Positions 34,960-39,631 of a stretch of 39,631 nucleotides of DNA are shown here, piece after piece. The DNA is from Octopus bimaculoides. Taxonomy: Eukaryota. The stretch spans positions 33,669,227-33,708,857 of the forward strand of contig NC_068997.1 of assembly GCF_001194135.2 (NCBI RefSeq), written 5' to 3'. A program made the translations under genes and the position numbers. The notes beneath the pieces are model-generated. The model saw only the letters and a program-made list of their open reading frames with translations. It did no database searches and was not told the DNA's origin. Positions within the stretch are counted from its first letter, which is position 1. Every line of letters begins with the position of its first letter.

Positions 34960-35800
34960 AAAAGTTCCAAAATAACTGGTCAAACGTGAAGCATGCCCAT
35001 CAACCTCCACCACTGATGTGAAGCTACAACAACTCGAGAGATTGTTCTGGCGAACCGACGAGTGACCATCGATGAGGTGGCATGTTCTCCGCAAACTAAT
35101 CATAGTTCTGAGAACGAAATCATCTATGACAAGCTTCACTTCCGTAAAGTCTATGCAAGAGAGCTTACCGAAGCACACAAGCGCAATAGTCTGTCAACGC
35201 TTGATCGTTACCACGTTGAAGGCAAAGCTTTTTTGATGAGAATAGTCACAGGAGATGAGGCATGGGTTCATCACTTTGAGCTAGAATCTAAAGGGAGAGT
35301 GTGGAGTGGAAACAGCCGGAATAGCCAGCGAAAAAGAAATTCGATACTCAACCTTCTGCAGAAAATTGATGTTAACTGTTTTTGGGGAAGCTAAAGGGCT
35401 TATACTGGAACATTACCTGAAAAGGGTGTCCAAAGTCACCAGTATAGGCCACATCGAAATGCTGGGCAACAAACTGAAGTCAGCAATTCGCACCAAACTT
35501 GCGAGGTCTATTGTTAAAGCAAGTGTTATTGTTGCACAATAATGCATGCCTATATACGGTCGCCCGCACCATTGAAATCATTGGAAAATTGTTTTGAGAT
35601 GTTGGAACACCCTACATACAGTCAAAATCTCACCCCCTCTGACTATTACCTCATAGGACTGCTCAAACATCCTTTACGAGGTCGTCAATTTGCTACGGAC
35701 GAAGCGCAGGAAGCCGTGCATAAATGGTTGCATGACCAACCGAAAACCTTCTCCGATGGAATAAGTAAGACCATTAGAAGAAGTGCATCGGAAACGAAGG
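34960..35800 (+). mobile_element. Degraded mariner transposase (irritans-like)
   Basis: RRVTIDEVA, KLHFRKVYAR, RIVTGDEAWVHHFELESK, LMLTVF, LEHPTYSQNLTPSDYYLIGLLKHPLRGRQF. No clear TIRs. Confidence 0.85.
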
Positions 35801-36429
35801 AGACTGTGTCGAAAATTGATGCAATTATTCAATCCCTGCTTTTGTTTTAATAAATTACTGTAAGAAGAATGTATATAACTTTTAACTTTGCTGAACTTTA
35901 ATTTACATCAGATGAACTTTTATTTAAAACTAGTGAATATCAATTTAAAATATGTGAAAGTAATTTTAAAACAGAGCGACTTATATTTAAACCAAATAAA
36001 AGTTAACATAAAATATATGAGATTAAAAAGTTTGCGAATGAAATTTAGTCATAAATAAATGGGAAGTTGTGAACTTTAGTACCGAAATTATTAATTAGAT
36101 TATACAGTGCATTCATCCACATTTGAGCTAGTAGGGTCAGGTTTAGCTGTTATTTCTACCAGTTGTAACGACCTCATAGAAGCACCCTCGTTGGATATAG
36201 CGATAGTCGCCAATCTTTTAATCGTACCGACACTAATGAAAAAATGGATACGTCTCTTATACTCATATACCTACGCTACATATATTTTGTCGTTCAATCT
36301 CACAAACAAGAATTACTGTTTTTCATTTTTTCAAAGACTTAAAAGTGATTTAACGTGTAATATTTAATTGAGCATTAATTGCTAATTGCTAATAAAGTAA
36401 CGAATCCACATTAATTACTCTGTAAAGAG

Positions 36430-36647
36430 CATACGGCCGGTTTTCCGGTTTCTCTGACGTATATTTTCCTCCCTGGTCAGGACGCCGGTCTCTCGCAGGA
36501 AAACTCATTTTTACCAGCTGAGTGAACTAGAGTAACGTGAAATGAAGTGTTTTGTTCAAGAACACAACGTATCACCCGGTCCAGAAATCGAAACCACAAT
36601 CTTACGATCATGAGTCCAACAACTTAACTACTAAGTCATGCGCCTCG
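36430..36647 (-). mobile_element. tRNA-type SINE, family 3
   Basis: Reverse begins GAGGCGCATGACTTAGTAGTTAAG...GGTTTCGATT...GTTGTGTTCTTGAACAAAACACTT...TTCACTCAGCTGGTAAAAATGAG, shared with 38805-39110. Confidence 0.7.
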
Positions 36648-38164
36648 CAAGTAAAGAAAGCATTACCAACCCTTTAAATATCTTCCTGCTTGAGACTGTC
36701 CCTGGATCTATGATGCAATACTCTCGCAGAAATCATGGTTTAAAACTGAAAATATAGTGACTTAGAACAAAGTATGTTTTAAATCAAACGTAAATTGATA
36801 TTCGTTTGTTTCAAATAAAAGTTCATATGGTTTAATGTGAAGTTCATGTAATTCAAGTCTTGTTCACTTGTTTTAATTTGCGTTTCTTTTTTTTAGTTTA
36901 CGTTTCATTTATTTTAATTTGAAACTCATTAATTTTAATTCCAAGCTTTGTTGTTTTAATTTGAGAGTGAAAAACTGTAATGATGAGTATGGGCTGGACT
37001 ATTGAGAAAGTCGACAAAGTTGACATCAGTTTGATATGTTAGCTGCATGGGTAACAAGGAAAGGGGAACGAACTACAGTGAGGAACAAAAGACCCCAGAT
37101 ATTCCAGGTAACATCAATGCTGCTCAGCACCGCTGGAGAAATCAATATCGTCGGAAGGGACCGGAATCGCTGTGAGCACCAATCAACGTCTGATAAATAA
37201 AATATGCAAGCTGAATGTGAAATGGTTAACGAGATTACAGGGAAATAACTTTATAAATCAAAATTAAAATTCTCGGGAGAGTTGCTTACCTTCGAATGTT
37301 CTTTTATTTATGTTTAGGGATATGTTACTTTATAATCCTTTCGATTCAATTAAAGAACTAATGAACTTATTGGACGTTTATCTGAAAATTTGGGGTATTA
37401 GCGATGTGTATGGACGTTGCCATACCTGTCTAGAGACCGATATCAGTAGTGGTGTGTTTCTTGTTGAACTGAAGCTAGAATTTAGTCTTCGATCAGTTTT
37501 GCCTTAATAGGTATAACTGGAAATACTTACAGTTATGGAGGCATGTGAATGGGTTATTTTCTTTTCAGTGGTATCAGCTACATAAAAGAAATAACTCTAA
37601 TGGAATGGAAACTAGGTTTTATCAGTTAGACATATATCATTATTAGTGGATTCAATTTTAAGCTAGGAAAATAATTGATTGATTAAAGCCATGGATTAAA
37701 GCCACGGATTAAAGCCATGGTACTAATTTTATTTGAATTACGAAGGATAAAAGTTAAAGTAACTCTAAACTAGGGCCGACGAGACTTCAAACTAATTTCA
37801 AGTTTTCTACTGTCTCATTCTTCTTCACCGACGAATAAGGATTTCTTCCAATTTGTAGGACATTAATGTTATCGAGTAAAGATTATTTGCCAACATAATG
37901 TGGCAGTCCTGGTTATGACGAATGCTACTGCTATTTAGTCCCAGGAAACATCGTCATCTTGGATAGCACTACCCCTCTGATATTTTTTATTTGAAAAAAG
38001 AAAAAATCCTCCATCGGGCTGGAAGTTTTAAATTCAGCTTTCACTGCATTTTCTACAATTTGATCGTTTTCTTACGACAATTATTAAATTAGATCCCAAA
38101 AGTCAAACTACAAAAAGACTGATTTGAGAAATTGTCCTTCGCAATATAATTTGTGAGGTTGTTT

Positions 38165-38348
38165 AATTCAGAAACTGCTGCTGCTGCCGCTGCTGCTGCT
38201 GATCGTCATCATCATCGTCGTCGTCGTCAAGAAGAAAAAGAAGAAGAGGAGGAGGAGGAAGGAGAAGAAGAAGGAGAAGGAGAAGAAAGAGGAGAAGGAG
38301 GAGAAGGAGTAGAAGAAGAAGAAAAAAAGAAGAAAAAGAAGAAAGATG
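38165..38348. repeat. Compound GCT/CAT/CGT/GAA/GAG triplet repeat
   Basis: Direct reading. Confidence 0.9.
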
Positions 38349-38804
38349 ATATCACTGATCTGGGTTTCAGTTGTTTTTGAGAAGTTACAAATTGGTTCAG
38401 CATAGATGAGTTTGCAAGCCCGGTCATCTTTCGACTTATTAAACCGCTCATAAAGCTCAGGATTTCTACGTTTCTTCCTTCAGACAGAATCCATTTTAAC
38501 ATATTCGTAAACAAAATTGAATATTTCATTTTCTTTTTAACTTCGGTTTGCTAATAATTAACGGTATTAAACTGGGATTAATACCTTATTTTCTACTCTC
38601 GGTCCTTCCTCTTGTTATGGGCTTGTCCATACATGTATTTATGTTTCATTTTCTCTGTTTGATTCAACATCAGTAGAGTAATTAGGATTAACTCAACTGC
38701 GAATATCAGCTTATTATATATCAAAGAATGATGCAGGCATTGGTATATTTCTGTAGCTATTTTAGGCAATTACAGGTTCCCCGGATATACATGTTAATGT
38801 CAAA

Positions 38805-39110
38805 TTAATTGGCTCACGATTGAAAGGTCGTGAGTTCGATTCCGGGTGGCGCGTTGTGTCCTTGAGCAAGACACTTTATTTCATGTTGCTGCTGTTCACT
38901 CAGCTGGCAAAAATGAGTCGCATCTGTAATTCAAAGGGCCAGCCTTGTCACATTCTGTGTCACGCTTAATCTCCCTGAGAACTACGTTAAGGGTACTCGT
39001 GTCTGTGGAGTGCTCGGCCACTTCCACGTTAATTTCACGAACAGGCTGTTCGGTTGATTGGATCAAGTGGGATCCTCGTCGGCATAACCGACGGAGTACC
39101 AGTTCAGTTC
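38805..39110 (+). mobile_element. tRNA-type SINE, family 3
   Basis: GGTCGTGAGTTCGATTCCGG (B box), then GTTGTGTCCTTGAGCAAGACACTTT and TTCACTCAGCTGGCAAAAATGAG. Confidence 0.75.
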
Positions 39111-39631
39111 AACCTTAGATAACCCTAGAGTTTACAGTCAACTTACTTGCAAGTTTATAGATCAAATGGTTTGTTGAAATAGACACAGAAATACAAACAT
39201 TGACATATACATAAAAGTATTTTGCCTATTTTAGCTTGGGGAGGAGATTCACCGCCCAAAGCCTATGCTAAGCTCATAGACTGAGGGATAAAGACATCAG
39301 GGTAAAGATTAGAGATTAACCTTTGAAAATTATTAATTGTTTGTTAAACGTAGCTGGCTGGATGATCAGGAGGTATCAATTCTGGAAAGTAAGATTGAGA
39401 CAAAAAGGTCTAAACTTTTAGAAACGGTTGATAGTCATAGATGAGACAAGTGGAATTAAGTGATATCTACTGAGCAAATAGATCGGTTGAAGCAGCAGAG
39501 CAGGCGATTGACCGTAGCTAGACTCTAAGAAAAGGATTGAAAACTATGTGTGGCTTTGTTCAATAATATCTTTTAAATGCAATTCCGAGCAAGAGTGCAG
39601 TGGAAGCATTGATCCAGATATATCCATATAT

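Noticed and set aside
37286-37385. Minus-strand AG...GTAAGC pair suggesting an exon of a neighbouring gene
   Set aside because: All three frames contain stops and no partner exons were found.
37681-37720. 13 bp unit GATTAAAGCCA(T/C)G three times
   Set aside because: Real but short slippage repeat with no sign of function.
38153-38380. Poly-A/H/R/E/K ORF resembling an acidic nuclear protein
   Set aside because: Compound triplet microsatellite with a TTG start and no domain or exon support.
39230-39631. Possible LINE N-terminal coding remnant
   Set aside because: Purine-rich and stop-ridden, with no diagnostic motif I can name with confidence.

Overview
AT-rich, repeat-dense animal genomic DNA with three assembly gaps (5020-5464, 5994-6003, 23002-23504). 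The SINE/LINE repertoire looks like Octopus; this is recognition from memory, not a database result. The only host gene I can support is the 3' half of AGPS (peroxisomal alkyl-DHAP synthase, + strand). It has nine GT-AG coding exons from 390 to 26004 that splice in frame to 251 aa plus stop, with the catalytic HHH motif intact; the 5' exons lie upstream of the window. Everything else is decayed mobile DNA and simple repeats: a Helitron with both termini and a Rep remnant, an RTE LINE, a two-ORF Tx1/L1-like LINE, an R4/Dong-like fragment, two mariners, two hAT MITEs, a Tigger-like MITE, Penelope-like ends and many tRNA-type SINEs. I found no clearly new multi-gene system. The best leads are a 4-residue C-terminal extension of AGPS ending in a PTS1-like -ANL, and a ~180 bp inverted repeat in the last AGPS intron whose arms carry a minimal hammerhead-ribozyme-like motif. 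Also notable are inverted SINE pairs flanking small exons and a perfect 50 bp palindrome.
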